Source of the DNA: Promethearchaeota archaeon
GTDB lineage: Archaea > Asgardarchaeota > Lokiarchaeia > Sigyniarchaeales > SOKP01
Length of the DNA stretch: 64,000 nt
Assembly: GCA_019058445.1 (NCBI GenBank)
Contig: JAHPZA010000010.1
Location: 416,001-480,000, forward strand
Direction: 5' to 3'
Each line of letters opens with the position of its first letter. Position 1 is the first letter of the stretch. Below, one piece after another: positions 39,182 through 48,843 of this stretch. The notes beneath the pieces were generated by a model. That model did not search any database. It was not told the DNA's origin and saw only the letters and a list, made by a program, of their open reading frames with translations. A program made the translations under genes and the position numbers.

Positions 39182-39391
39182 ATCCCTGGCTCCCATGGCA
39201 GCTTGACAAAGGCCGGAAAGGTTAAACAGCAGACTCCTAAAGTAGAAAAAACGGGAGTTAATTCCAGAAGCAAGAAGCCACCTCGAATGCGATTCCGAGA
39301 AATTTATAAGAAAAGAATTATCAATAGTCAGTTCGGTGGTCAGAAAGACAGTCTTGGTGCTAAACGAAGTTCATTTGGAAAGCGGACATAA
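39182..39391 (+). CDS. rps30e: 30S ribosomal protein eS30 (S30e), probable ATC start
   Basis: (M)PGSHGSLTKAGKVKQQTPKV; GGTGA SD at 39171-39175; in-frame TAA at 39176-39178. Confidence 0.92.
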   Translation: MPGSHGSLTKAGKVKQQTPKVEKTGVNSRSKKPPRMRFREIYKKRIINSQFGGQKDSLGAKRSSFGKRT

Positions 39392-39463
39392 TAATCATAG
39401 GAATTTTCGTTTTATTATTAGTGCGCTTCTTATTATTAATTCCTCTTTTTATAAATATTAAGG

Positions 39464-41356
39464 CTATTCTATTATCCCTATGGATCTTAACTGAGCTTTT
39501 AGAATTCTGCTTTGGGATAAATAATAAGCTGAGTTTTCACTATTTTTTACCATAAATTTAAAAAAATCACTCATTAAGAGATTCCATTGGATTGATCGAT
39601 GTATTCCAGGAATAGTTTTTTTTGAGAGGAGTTTTTCAGTTGTTTGAAGGTAAAATAGTGCTTTTTTTGTGTTTTTTCGATAATGAATATAAAACTCTGA
39701 TAATTCAAGTAATAAATCGACAATAAGATCTTGATATTTTATTTCACCTAAATTAATCCCTGAGAAAACTAAATTTAATATTTTTAGAGCTTGAGAGTAT
39801 TTCTTCTTATTTTTGTAATATCTTGCGCGAAACAAATGATATCTTAACTTAACCTTCGTGGAAGAGGTATTTCCTATAAAATAGGCCCTTTTTAAATTAT
39901 TTTTCCCCTCCACCGTGCTATCTTGCTCCAGATTAATTAATCCAAGATAGAGAAGAGCCATTCCTAAGTAATCTTCTTTATTAATCTCGTCTAGAATGAG
40001 TTTCTCATCCTCCAAAGATTTGACAGTTAAATTAAAATGAAGTAGCGCATTTGGAAAATCTTTATTTTTGAAATATATTTTACCCAATTTGTAGTGAATT
40101 TGAATTATGAATTCTACCGGAACATCTCCAGATTTTGAAACTTGTTCGGCATTTTGTAAATAATTTAGAGCGATATTAGTTTGATTAAGTAAGGACGCAA
40201 TTTTTGTCAACTTCAATAATATAGAGACCACGATTTTCTTTTGTTTATGCTTATTAAAGATTTTTAATGCTTCTTCCAGAAGCGCAGAAGCTTCTTCGAA
40301 TTTATAATTTTGGAGTAATTCTTGTACTTCTATTAAATAATTTGAAGACTCTATAACTTCGAAATCAGTTGGCGGGGTATTGAGAAGATCGTAATGGAGC
40401 GGGTATAGTTCCTTTGAAATAAGAGTTTCATAATGTAATGATGAGAAGGGAAAGTTATTTTCATCTTCTTCAAAATCTTCATAAGTTAGTTCTTTTTCAG
40501 GTCTAAATTGCACAAAATCACCATAATTAAATTCTCCGAGTTTTAAAATTTCGATCATAGAATTTAGAAGAAGACGAGTGAATTTAATCCAATGTTCTAT
40601 ATATATCTCTAATTTGAAATTTAGATTCTCTCTGTATAATTCTAAAAGAATATATGGAGTATAAGTGTCAAAAATAGATCGTACATAAAACTTATTGAAT
40701 TCTAATTCTTTGAAATATGAGAAAAAACCTTTCTCAAGGATAAAAAATTCGTCATAAGGCTCATCCTCATTAGAAAAAAATAACGTTTCAGGAGTTCTAA
40801 TTTTAGGTATTCCTTTTTTTAGTTCCCAGGGTTGTTTAAAGGTAGGTTTTAGTCCTAGATTTCTAATTAAATCTATAAGCGTCTTTAAAAAATCGGTTTC
40901 AAGTTCCATAAACTGATCTCTTTTATTCATTAATGAAATTCTAATTCGATTTAACCATGCTCGTTCATTTTCGTTTTTAATTATTTCAGGCATTAGCAAA
41001 TTTAATAAATCCACTATTTTTGTTTTTTCTTTTTCAGTTATGAGCCAGTTATGTTCTATAGAAACTTGATCAGATAAATCTTTCAACATCTTCACCAGAT
41101 AAATTATAGTTTTATAAGCTTTTTGGTCTAAATTCCATAATTTGAATGCAATTGAAAGCCGAAAGTGCGCAACTTCAAAGGGGATATTTAATTTTAAAGG
41201 TAGAAAGACAGGAATTTTAATAGTAAATACAACTAATTTATTTTTTCGGATACTATACCTAAAATAATTCTCAATATAACCATGTATCTTCCAGCCATGT
41301 TGTTCAATTACCTGTCTTAACCTATCAATCTCGTTGGAAGATAATGGTATGGACAT
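39464..41356 (-). CDS. TPR-repeat protein with unknown N-terminal domain
   Basis: C-terminal repeats such as YKLGKIYF...DFPNAL.HF and LYLGLINL. Confidence 0.7.
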   Translation of the reverse strand: MSIPLSSNEIDRLRQVIEQHGWKIHGYIENYFRYSIRKNKLVVFTIKIPVFLPLKLNIPFEVAHFRLSIAFKLWNLDQKAYKTIIYLVKMLKDLSDQVSIEHNWLITEKEKTKIVDLLNLLMPEIIKNENERAWLNRIRISLMNKRDQFMELETDFLKTLIDLIRNLGLKPTFKQPWELKKGIPKIRTPETLFFSNEDEPYDEFFILEKGFFSYFKELEFNKFYVRSIFDTYTPYILLELYRENLNFKLEIYIEHWIKFTRLLLNSMIEILKLGEFNYGDFVQFRPEKELTYEDFEEDENNFPFSSLHYETLISKELYPLHYDLLNTPPTDFEVIESSNYLIEVQELLQNYKFEEASALLEEALKIFNKHKQKKIVVSILLKLTKIASLLNQTNIALNYLQNAEQVSKSGDVPVEFIIQIHYKLGKIYFKNKDFPNALLHFNLTVKSLEDEKLILDEINKEDYLGMALLYLGLINLEQDSTVEGKNNLKRAYFIGNTSSTKVKLRYHLFRARYYKNKKKYSQALKILNLVFSGINLGEIKYQDLIVDLLLELSEFYIHYRKNTKKALFYLQTTEKLLSKKTIPGIHRSIQWNLLMSDFFKFMVKNSENSAYYLSQSRILKAQLRSIGIIE

Positions 41357-41548
41357 AATGAAGAATTTCCTATTAATTTTTGAAATATATTCTTATTTTA
41401 CTAATATTAATCTTTCATTATAATTCTTTCATAGATTTTAAATTTAAAGATCGGACTCCATAAAAAAAATATAACTGAACAACTAATATATATTTGAATT
41501 AATTTGTTATTCTTATCGAATGAAAAATTGCATGATACATGATAATTT

Positions 41549-42220
41549 ATGGATATTAAAAAGTTTAACAAGGTTCTAAGTACGAAAATAGCGAAGGCAA
41601 AGAGTTTTGAGAGGAATGGTGATTTAGAAATTGCTATTGAGCTTTGGATAGAGATTTCTGATTTAACATTAAAAGCCTCTAAACAGCCAGAAATAGATTT
41701 TACATATCGACATATGCTAATTAGTAAAACTGAACAAATAATTGATCATGTTAAAGAATTAAAAAATCCAAAGAAAGAAGTTCCTATTGTCGAAAATGAA
41801 ATAGTTCAAGATGAGCTTATTGAACTCCCTGAAGTGAAAGATGGTATAAACCCAGAAGAAGTAAATTCAAATCAAATTGAAGTTGAAGATTTTAAAGAGG
41901 ATCTTTCTCAAAAAGGAAATGAAATGGTTAAGACAAAACACAAAATAATTGAAGATTCTGAAGTAAAAAATATTCCAAACGGAATTAAAGAGATTGAACC
42001 CTCAAAAGACTTCAAGATTATCACGCCCCATGATCCAAACTATGTGGAAAAAATAGAAAAATTAAGTAAGGAAGTAGATATGAATGCATACAAAAAACCT
42101 AAAGGGAACGCTTCAAGCCAAGATAAAATTCTTGGTGATAAAAGAATTTGTTTTGCTTGTGGAGCTATACTTCCACCGAAAGCAGAAATTTGTACTGAAT
42201 GTGGTACTAAATTAGATTAA
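41549..42220 (+). CDS. MIT-like N-terminal domain plus C-terminal zinc ribbon protein
   Basis: AKAKSFERNGDLEIAIELW three-helix pattern; CFACG...CTECG at C-terminus. Confidence 0.6.
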   Translation: MDIKKFNKVLSTKIAKAKSFERNGDLEIAIELWIEISDLTLKASKQPEIDFTYRHMLISKTEQIIDHVKELKNPKKEVPIVENEIVQDELIELPEVKDGINPEEVNSNQIEVEDFKEDLSQKGNEMVKTKHKIIEDSEVKNIPNGIKEIEPSKDFKIITPHDPNYVEKIEKLSKEVDMNAYKKPKGNASSQDKILGDKRICFACGAILPPKAEICTECGTKLD

Positions 42221-42255
42221 AATAAAATGGGATATAACAGCATATAATTTCAACT

Positions 42256-42873
42256 TCAATTTTTGATGTTAGAGCTCCTTTTTGTTTTGTAGTGAGATTT
42301 GTGCAGGTTATGATACTTTTCAAGTGCTTTTTCCCGCCAGACGGTGTTCCAGCGCTTGAATCCGTTTTTTACCAATTTCTCTCGATTATAAAAATCTTTA
42401 GCTACCCAATTAAATAAGATGAAAAATCTTTTTGCCCCGGATTTTTTCGTTAATTTTTTTGATCGAACTCCTAATTCTCGAAGATGCTCTACTAATCTAC
42501 CTTCTACAGCATCTTGTAATCTCCCTTCAATAATTGCAGGTTCAAAATTAATCCCTTCCTCTTCAAAATATGTACGAACTTGGTCAAAAATATTTCCACG
42601 GCATAATAGTATTTTTTCGCTCTCTTTTTCAAAATTTAGATCGTTTAAGCCATCTTTGACTAAATCAACCACAACCTTATAGGGCTCCTTATTTTTCCAA
42701 TTTTCATTTTGAAAAAGATCTAATGGTAGTGTCTTAATTATTAATTCATCAGTTTCTTTTCTTAGAAAGCCAATAAAAGCATCCCCTATTAAATCACCTG
42801 TGCCGCTATCGTCTATTTCGATTGTCATATTGAGCCATAATTTATTCTTTTTTGATGTGTAAAAATGAATCAA
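42256..42873 (-). CDS. Conserved hypothetical protein, possible RNase H-like fold (likely start ATG 42828)
   Basis: IEIDDSGTGDLIG, CRGNIF, IEG.LQD.VE. Confidence 0.55.
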   Translation of the reverse strand: MIHFYTSKKNKLWLNMTIEIDDSGTGDLIGDAFIGFLRKETDELIIKTLPLDLFQNENWKNKEPYKVVVDLVKDGLNDLNFEKESEKILLCRGNIFDQVRTYFEEEGINFEPAIIEGRLQDAVEGRLVEHLRELGVRSKKLTKKSGAKRFFILFNWVAKDFYNREKLVKNGFKRWNTVWREKALEKYHNLHKSHYKTKRSSNIKN

Positions 42874-42901
42874 TACATTTCAAGCTTTTTTAAAGCTTTT
42901 A

Positions 42902-43753
42902 TTAATATTTGTTCTTTTCACTTTTTTTCATTAAATTTTCTAAGTATTCGATTTGTTTTGAAAAATCACATTTTATTGCGTTTTCTGGACATTTTAAGTG
43001 ACAGATATAACATCTATCACAGTTTTTTATCCAATGGGGATAAGGATTGAGAATAATAGCATCCCATGGGCAAATCTGGGCACATAATCCACACAGAGTA
43101 CATTTTTCTTTAATAAGATGAAATGGAGGAAACCATTCTTGAATCCCTTTCCATGACCACATTTTTGCCGATGCGTTCTCATGAGGCCAGAAATCTATTT
43201 TTTCAGAAATTTTTGGATCCAATGTTTTTTTAATCAAAATTCTCCCAAATTCTTTGGCTTGGTTTAACTCATGCTCATTTGGATGTCCGTACGAAGAAGG
43301 TAACCAACCATACAGACCATTCGAGTTCTTTTGTCTCGCATACAATTGATGGACATCCCAGCCAATCCACTTATCATTACCATCAATTATTTTTAAGCCA
43401 GTTTTATCTAGCACTTTCTTCATTTGATAAAGAGTACTGCCCGGATTTCCTCCACTCGTACAAAATAGAAATCCTTTTTTACCATTTAATGATGGAAAAT
43501 GCTCCAGCTCGAACAAAATATGATAAGGAGGATGAAAATAATAAACAGGAACGCCTATACCTATTAAATCATATTCTTCAAATGGGAATCCTTGAATTAA
43601 TTTTATATCATTTTGATATTTAGTCAAACGAATCAATTCGCAATGACCACCACTCCAAAGTCCTTCAGCAATTTGTTCGGTTATTCTTTTAGTATTTCCA
43701 GTGACGATTTGAGAAAAGTAAAATATTACACAATTAATTGAAGATTCCTTCAT
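42902..43753 (-). CDS. Flavodoxin plus 4Fe-4S dicluster protein (EFR1-like)
   Basis: YFS..TGNT, GIGVPVY, CTLCGLCAQICP and CDRCYICHLKCP; paralog of 3635-4504. Confidence 0.85.
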   Translation of the reverse strand: MKESSINCVIFYFSQIVTGNTKRITEQIAEGLWSGGHCELIRLTKYQNDIKLIQGFPFEEYDLIGIGVPVYYFHPPYHILFELEHFPSLNGKKGFLFCTSGGNPGSTLYQMKKVLDKTGLKIIDGNDKWIGWDVHQLYARQKNSNGLYGWLPSSYGHPNEHELNQAKEFGRILIKKTLDPKISEKIDFWPHENASAKMWSWKGIQEWFPPFHLIKEKCTLCGLCAQICPWDAIILNPYPHWIKNCDRCYICHLKCPENAIKCDFSKQIEYLENLMKKSEKNKY

Positions 43754-43814
43754 GCAAAAATATGAATTAATAAAGAAATATAACTTTTAATTTTAAAAAA
43801 TATTTCAATCAATA

Positions 43815-44999
43815 ATGATTCCACGTGAACGGATTTTAAAAACTCTTGATCATGATGAACCAGATAAAGTTCCTTATTGGGAGCATCTAATTGAACAACC
43901 AAAACTTGCAAAATTATTACTTTTAAAAAAACATAAAGATAAAAAAAAAGAATTAGAACTATACTCGAAAGAAACAAAAAGACCTGAATTTAATAGAAAA
44001 ACATTAAAAAAGCTTGGTTATGATTCCATTGTTGTAAAACCACTGATTGATGGCGCAAAGAATTATTTTAAACTCTATATTAAGTTAAAAGTAGATATGG
44101 GGACCTTTCCCATTGGTCCTTATAGTAACTTTAATTACGTGCCTCCTGATAAAGTTATTTCGTCCTTTGGTCAAGTTTATCAAATGAAACAAGGTAAGGG
44201 TTATTTTGATATTTATTATTCAGGAGGAAATTTTACAAAAGAAAATTATGAAGAGAATTTTTCTAAAATTAATCCTGAAGAACCACTTATCACACCCTTA
44301 TTTGAAAAGATAATTCAAAATACACCTGAGAATAAGATTTATGTAATTCCCGGAATTTTCAGCGGTTTGTTTCAATCTGTTTTAGAAGGTTTTGGTATTG
44401 AGTCCTTTTCAAGAATGATTGTAAAGGAAAAGGAGTTTATGAGGAGAGTTATTAGCGACCGTGAAAAGCTGTTTTCAAATATTATCAAGCAATGTATTGA
44501 TAACTTTGAACGAATCGCGTTTTTTATTGGAGACGATTTGGCATATAATAGTGGCCCTTTTGTATCACCAAGAATTTTTAATGAAATGTTTTTACCTTCA
44601 TATAAACGAATATCCAAGATGGCACGCAAAAGAGGTGTAAAGTTAATATTTCATTCCGATGGCGATATATTACCTCTAATTGATGGACTCATTGAATGCT
44701 TTGACGCAATCCATCCGTGGCAGGCATCAGCTCATATTGATATAACTGAAATTAAAAAACAGTATGGAGATAAAGTATGTATTATGGGAAATGTTCCTGT
44801 GGCCATGTTAATCCATGAAAAACCAAGTAAAATTTCAAGTTATGTAAAACTTTTATTAAAAGAATGCGCACCCGGAGGAGGGTATTTTATGAGCTCCGGA
44901 AATTCAGTTGTACCACAGGTTCCAATAAGGAAATATATGGCAATGTTGCGAACTTTTTGGCGATATAGAAGTTATCCCATAAAAATTTCTAATTTTTAG
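43815..44999 (+). CDS. Uroporphyrinogen decarboxylase / methylcobalamin methyltransferase family protein
   Basis: PRERI...L.H.EPDKVP, GDDLA, FHSDG, K..YGDK.CIMGNV, PGGGY. Confidence 0.88.
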   Translation: MIPRERILKTLDHDEPDKVPYWEHLIEQPKLAKLLLLKKHKDKKKELELYSKETKRPEFNRKTLKKLGYDSIVVKPLIDGAKNYFKLYIKLKVDMGTFPIGPYSNFNYVPPDKVISSFGQVYQMKQGKGYFDIYYSGGNFTKENYEENFSKINPEEPLITPLFEKIIQNTPENKIYVIPGIFSGLFQSVLEGFGIESFSRMIVKEKEFMRRVISDREKLFSNIIKQCIDNFERIAFFIGDDLAYNSGPFVSPRIFNEMFLPSYKRISKMARKRGVKLIFHSDGDILPLIDGLIECFDAIHPWQASAHIDITEIKKQYGDKVCIMGNVPVAMLIHEKPSKISSYVKLLLKECAPGGGYFMSSGNSVVPQVPIRKYMAMLRTFWRYRSYPIKISNF

Positions 45000-45051
45000 T
45001 TTAAGCAATTAACAAAAACTCATCAAATAGCTAATATGAATGTGTGAGAAA

Positions 45052-45684
45052 TTATTTTAATTTAATTCCTAATGTATTTTCTACAACATTGGGTAGCAGA
45101 TTATATATTGAATTATCAATTAGATTTTCAAAATAATTTTTTATTTCTAGATATTTCTGCCATTTCAACAATAATGGAACTCCTAAAGGAATTTTACTTT
45201 TTAAATTATAGCGCAATGCTACATCAATTAGTCGTTTTTCAATCAAAACATATTTGTCTCCCATAGATATGCAATCACATAATTGGATTAATCTATCATA
45301 ATCATTATATTTACAATTTACAAGGTAAGTTTCAATAAAGTATAGTTCCTTTTTACTACAGTCCCATTCACCTATATTAGAATTAATATCCTTATTAGGG
45401 AAACAATGAGTAATACAAATCCGGGCTAATTCCTCATAACCTTTCGCTTTTAAGAAATTATATCCATCGATAGTATGGCGATCTTGCGTTAATCCCGCGA
45501 TTCTACCTATATCATGGACTAAGCCCATTATGTATGCAGTATGACTGTTAAGACTATCTATTTCCTTTGCGATAATTTTTGCCGCATTAGCAACAACTTC
45601 ACTATGCTTTACCCAAGGACCTGGATTCCGTTTAAATCCTTCATTTAACCAATTTTTAACATTTTTAACATTAGGTAATTTCAT
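45052..45684 (-). CDS. HD-domain phosphohydrolase
   Basis: HS..VA, GLVHDIGR, H...GY, ICITH, LCD. Confidence 0.88.
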   Translation of the reverse strand: MKLPNVKNVKNWLNEGFKRNPGPWVKHSEVVANAAKIIAKEIDSLNSHTAYIMGLVHDIGRIAGLTQDRHTIDGYNFLKAKGYEELARICITHCFPNKDINSNIGEWDCSKKELYFIETYLVNCKYNDYDRLIQLCDCISMGDKYVLIEKRLIDVALRYNLKSKIPLGVPLLLKWQKYLEIKNYFENLIDNSIYNLLPNVVENTLGIKLK

Positions 45685-45989
45685 AATTAACCACTATATT
45701 AATCAATATAAGGTAAGTATTTCAAATATAATAAGTTGAATAAATATTAAAAGAAAAATTAATTCTATTCGCATTTTTCTTTATGTACTTTTCTTAATAT
45801 AGTTCTAGGGATTTGTACCATAAGTTCCTATGGTATAAGATATTATTATTGTAAGTACGTTTTATTAATATAAAAGTTTTTCAAAAGAACTTCTTAATCC
45901 TTAAGATAAAACCGAAAACTCTCTATTAATCAAATAAGAACGTATTAATCAATATTTTAATATTATATCAACAATTTCTTTAAACTAAC

Positions 45990-46784
45990 ATGATTGTAGA
46001 ACTTTTAGTAATTGGAAATGAAATCCTTATAGGAAAGACTCAAGATACTAATTCTAATTATATGGCAAAAAGGATAACAAAATATGGGCATAAAATCAGG
46101 AGGATTACCGCTGTAGGAGATGAGTTAGAAGAAATTTCAAATGCTATGAGAGAAGCTATTAACCGTAAGCCGGACTTGATAATTGTATGTGGCGGATTAG
46201 GGCCAACATTTGATGATATGACGCTACAAGGTATTGCTCAAGCTTTAAACACAGAATTAGAGTTAAACCAACACGCCTATGATTCAATCAAAAGAAGATA
46301 TGAAGCAGCATATGAGCGAGGTATCCTTAAATTAGATGGAATGACCAAAGAAAGGGAAAAGATGGCCTATTTGCCGAAAGGATCTACACCATTGCCAAAC
46401 GAAAGAGGAACTGCTCCAGGAGTAAAAATTAAAGAGGGTGACACACTAATTTTTTGTCTTCCTGGAGTGCCCATGGAAATGAAAAGTATGTTTAAAATCG
46501 TAATCATTCCGATTTTAAAAGAAAAGAAAGGGAAATTTATGGAAAAGAGCTTTTTTTTCACAGGTATTGGGGAAAGTCAAATTGCTCCGTATGTTACTGA
46601 GGTAGAAGAGAAATATCCTAAACTGTGGATAAAAACTCATCCAAGATTAGGGGAATACGGGGCTGAAATTGAAGTTTCCATTACTGCATTTAATGTGGAA
46701 AATGCTGAGGAGCTAGCTGATAAAGTAATTGATGAATTAAAAGAAATCGTAATCCATCTCGACGGCAAAATTAAAGAATCTTAA
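45990..46784 (+). CDS. CinA-like molybdopterin-binding domain protein
   Basis: IGNEIL.G..QDTNS, GGLGPTFDDMT, GTAPG, LPGVP.EM. Confidence 0.9.
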   Translation: MIVELLVIGNEILIGKTQDTNSNYMAKRITKYGHKIRRITAVGDELEEISNAMREAINRKPDLIIVCGGLGPTFDDMTLQGIAQALNTELELNQHAYDSIKRRYEAAYERGILKLDGMTKEREKMAYLPKGSTPLPNERGTAPGVKIKEGDTLIFCLPGVPMEMKSMFKIVIIPILKEKKGKFMEKSFFFTGIGESQIAPYVTEVEEKYPKLWIKTHPRLGEYGAEIEVSITAFNVENAEELADKVIDELKEIVIHLDGKIKES

Positions 46785-46838
46785 ACACTATCCACAAGAA
46801 TACCAATGGTTTAAAACTGATTTGTAATTATCATAATC

Positions 46839-47567
46839 ATGGAATTCTTTATCATTAATTTATTATATTTCGTCATTGCTATTCCAATTGTGTTGATAGC
46901 ATTTCCTATTCTTTTAAAATTATGTAGAGATAAACAATTTAAATATATAATTCTTATACTGAGCCTTCTATTATTTTCAGTTAGATTTATCCTAATTTTT
47001 TTTCAGGATACAATTGGAATTATGCCTTACTTAATTGAGGATGTGATCTTTTATGGTTTATTGATGATATTTGGTGTTATTTTTACTTGGGTGTACGTCT
47101 TTAAAATAGAACAAGTGTCCTTTTGTAATATTGGGGGAAAAGTTGAGAATGTTAAAAAGAGTATTATTTATGGCTTAATGGCTTATATCCCTCTCTTATG
47201 TTTACTTCCTGTAATGAAATTATTAACGGGGATTCATATTTCTTTCAACATTACATTAGGTAAAATACTAGTTGCCATTTCTTTCGCAGTACTAGCTGGC
47301 ATTTATGAAGAATTTCTGTTCAGAGGTGTAATTCAAAACCATTTTATGGAAATAACAAAATACAAGATAAATAAATCGATATGGTTAACATCTATTACTT
47401 TTACGTTAACTCACCTATTTTACTTGCCTTTTACAGGCTTTGGGATATATTATATTTTCGTTTTTATAATGGCATTGATACTGAGTTTTTTAAGAGCAAA
47501 ATGCGATTTGTTGGCGTGTTCCATACTCCATAGTGGGATCGTGTTTATCTTAGTAGTTTTTGTATAA
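46839..47567 (+). CDS. CPBP-family intramembrane protease
   Basis: EEFLFRG, FTLTH, ILH. Confidence 0.85.
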   Translation: MEFFIINLLYFVIAIPIVLIAFPILLKLCRDKQFKYIILILSLLLFSVRFILIFFQDTIGIMPYLIEDVIFYGLLMIFGVIFTWVYVFKIEQVSFCNIGGKVENVKKSIIYGLMAYIPLLCLLPVMKLLTGIHISFNITLGKILVAISFAVLAGIYEEFLFRGVIQNHFMEITKYKINKSIWLTSITFTLTHLFYLPFTGFGIYYIFVFIMALILSFLRAKCDLLACSILHSGIVFILVVFV

Positions 47568-47609
47568 ATGGAATTAAATTTTATTCTAAAAACCTTAGGA
47601 TGAGATTTT

Positions 47610-47681
47610 TGATGCCAACGCGCAGTTGGAATTCTCAATAAACACTCACTTATAGTGTTTATGCTTATATCATTGACATCA
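47610..47681 (-). ncRNA. Eukaryote-like (type II) SECIS element in the selD 3' UTR
   Basis: UGAUGUCA-AUGAU-AUAAGCAU-AAA-CAC-UAUAA-GUG-A-GUGUUUAU-UGAG...UGGCAUCA: AUGA/GA core, 8-bp helix, AAA, apical mini-helix. Confidence 0.8.
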
Positions 47682-48710
47682 TTAAATTTTAGTAACTTCA
47701 ATGTATTCGACATTTTCTGAGACTTTAACAAGACCAGGTCCGGTTTTTTCAATTGTACCTACAATCCAATTAGAAACTCCATTACTAGCTAATGCATTTG
47801 AGAAATCTTCGATCATAGAGGGATAAACAGACATAATCATCCCTCCCGCAGTTTCATGACATTGGCAGTTATCAAAAGCATATCCTAAATCCTCGGAAAG
47901 TTCTTTTGCAAGTTTAATATTTGGAACTCTTTCAATTACTGCAGAAAATGGAGAATTTTGAAGCATTTCCTGTGTATGTCCCGCGAGTCCAAATCCTGTT
48001 ACATCTGACATTGCATGAATGAATGAAAAATCTTCATAGGAATGTATGGTTTTTACAACATTCTGATTTGGAGTCGTCATGATCTTAATAGCCAATCTGA
48101 TTGATGCTTTTAATTCAGTAATAGAATATTCGTTAAGCATTTCAGGCACATTTTTTAATACTCGATAAGCAGCCATTACGCCTTGGATTCCAATTGGTTT
48201 TGTTAATATCAATTTATCACCTTTCTTCACTCCACTTTTAGGTATAATTTTATCCTTTTGAACAAATCCAGACGCCTCACCACCAATTAATGGCCATTCG
48301 CTATAAATAGTATGCCCTCCGACTACTTGAGAATTAATCTTGTTTTCCATAAAATTTTTAATTCCTTTAAGAATCCCTTCAGATATTTCATCGGGAGTAG
48401 ATGTTTGAACTGCCAAAAAAACAAGCATACCGGATATTTCTGGGACATTCATCGCAAAAACATCATTAGTAACGTTACAAGCCGCAATTTCTCCCATGAT
48501 ATCAGGCTCATCTATAATTGGAGTCATAATATCAAGATTTTTAACTAAAACTAATTCACTATTCGGTATTGGTAGTACAGCAGCATCTTCAATATCACCG
48601 GTTAAACCTGCTCTCGTTAATAGATTTTCTAAGCTATTTGGTCCAAGTTTGCATGATCATCCATGTATCTTTACTTGTTGAGTTAATCTATAACCTTCAC
48701 TCTTTTTCAT
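47682..48710 (-). CDS. selD: Selenophosphate synthetase containing selenocysteine (UGA codon 18 at 48657-48659)
   Basis: MKKSEGYRLTQQVKIHG-U-SCKLG in frame with the 281-aa ORF; EDAAV, NDVFAM, GGHT, SDVTGFGLAGH, ETAGG; GAGGTG SD. Confidence 0.95.
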
Positions 48711-48843
48711 TCTACACCTCATATATTATGTAATTCTTTATTATGAATTTTTTGAATAATTATAATTTAATATATTAATAATTGCTTTTTTATCTTCAGT
48801 TTATAATTCAATACAAATTTAAAAATTTAAAATTTCAAAATAA

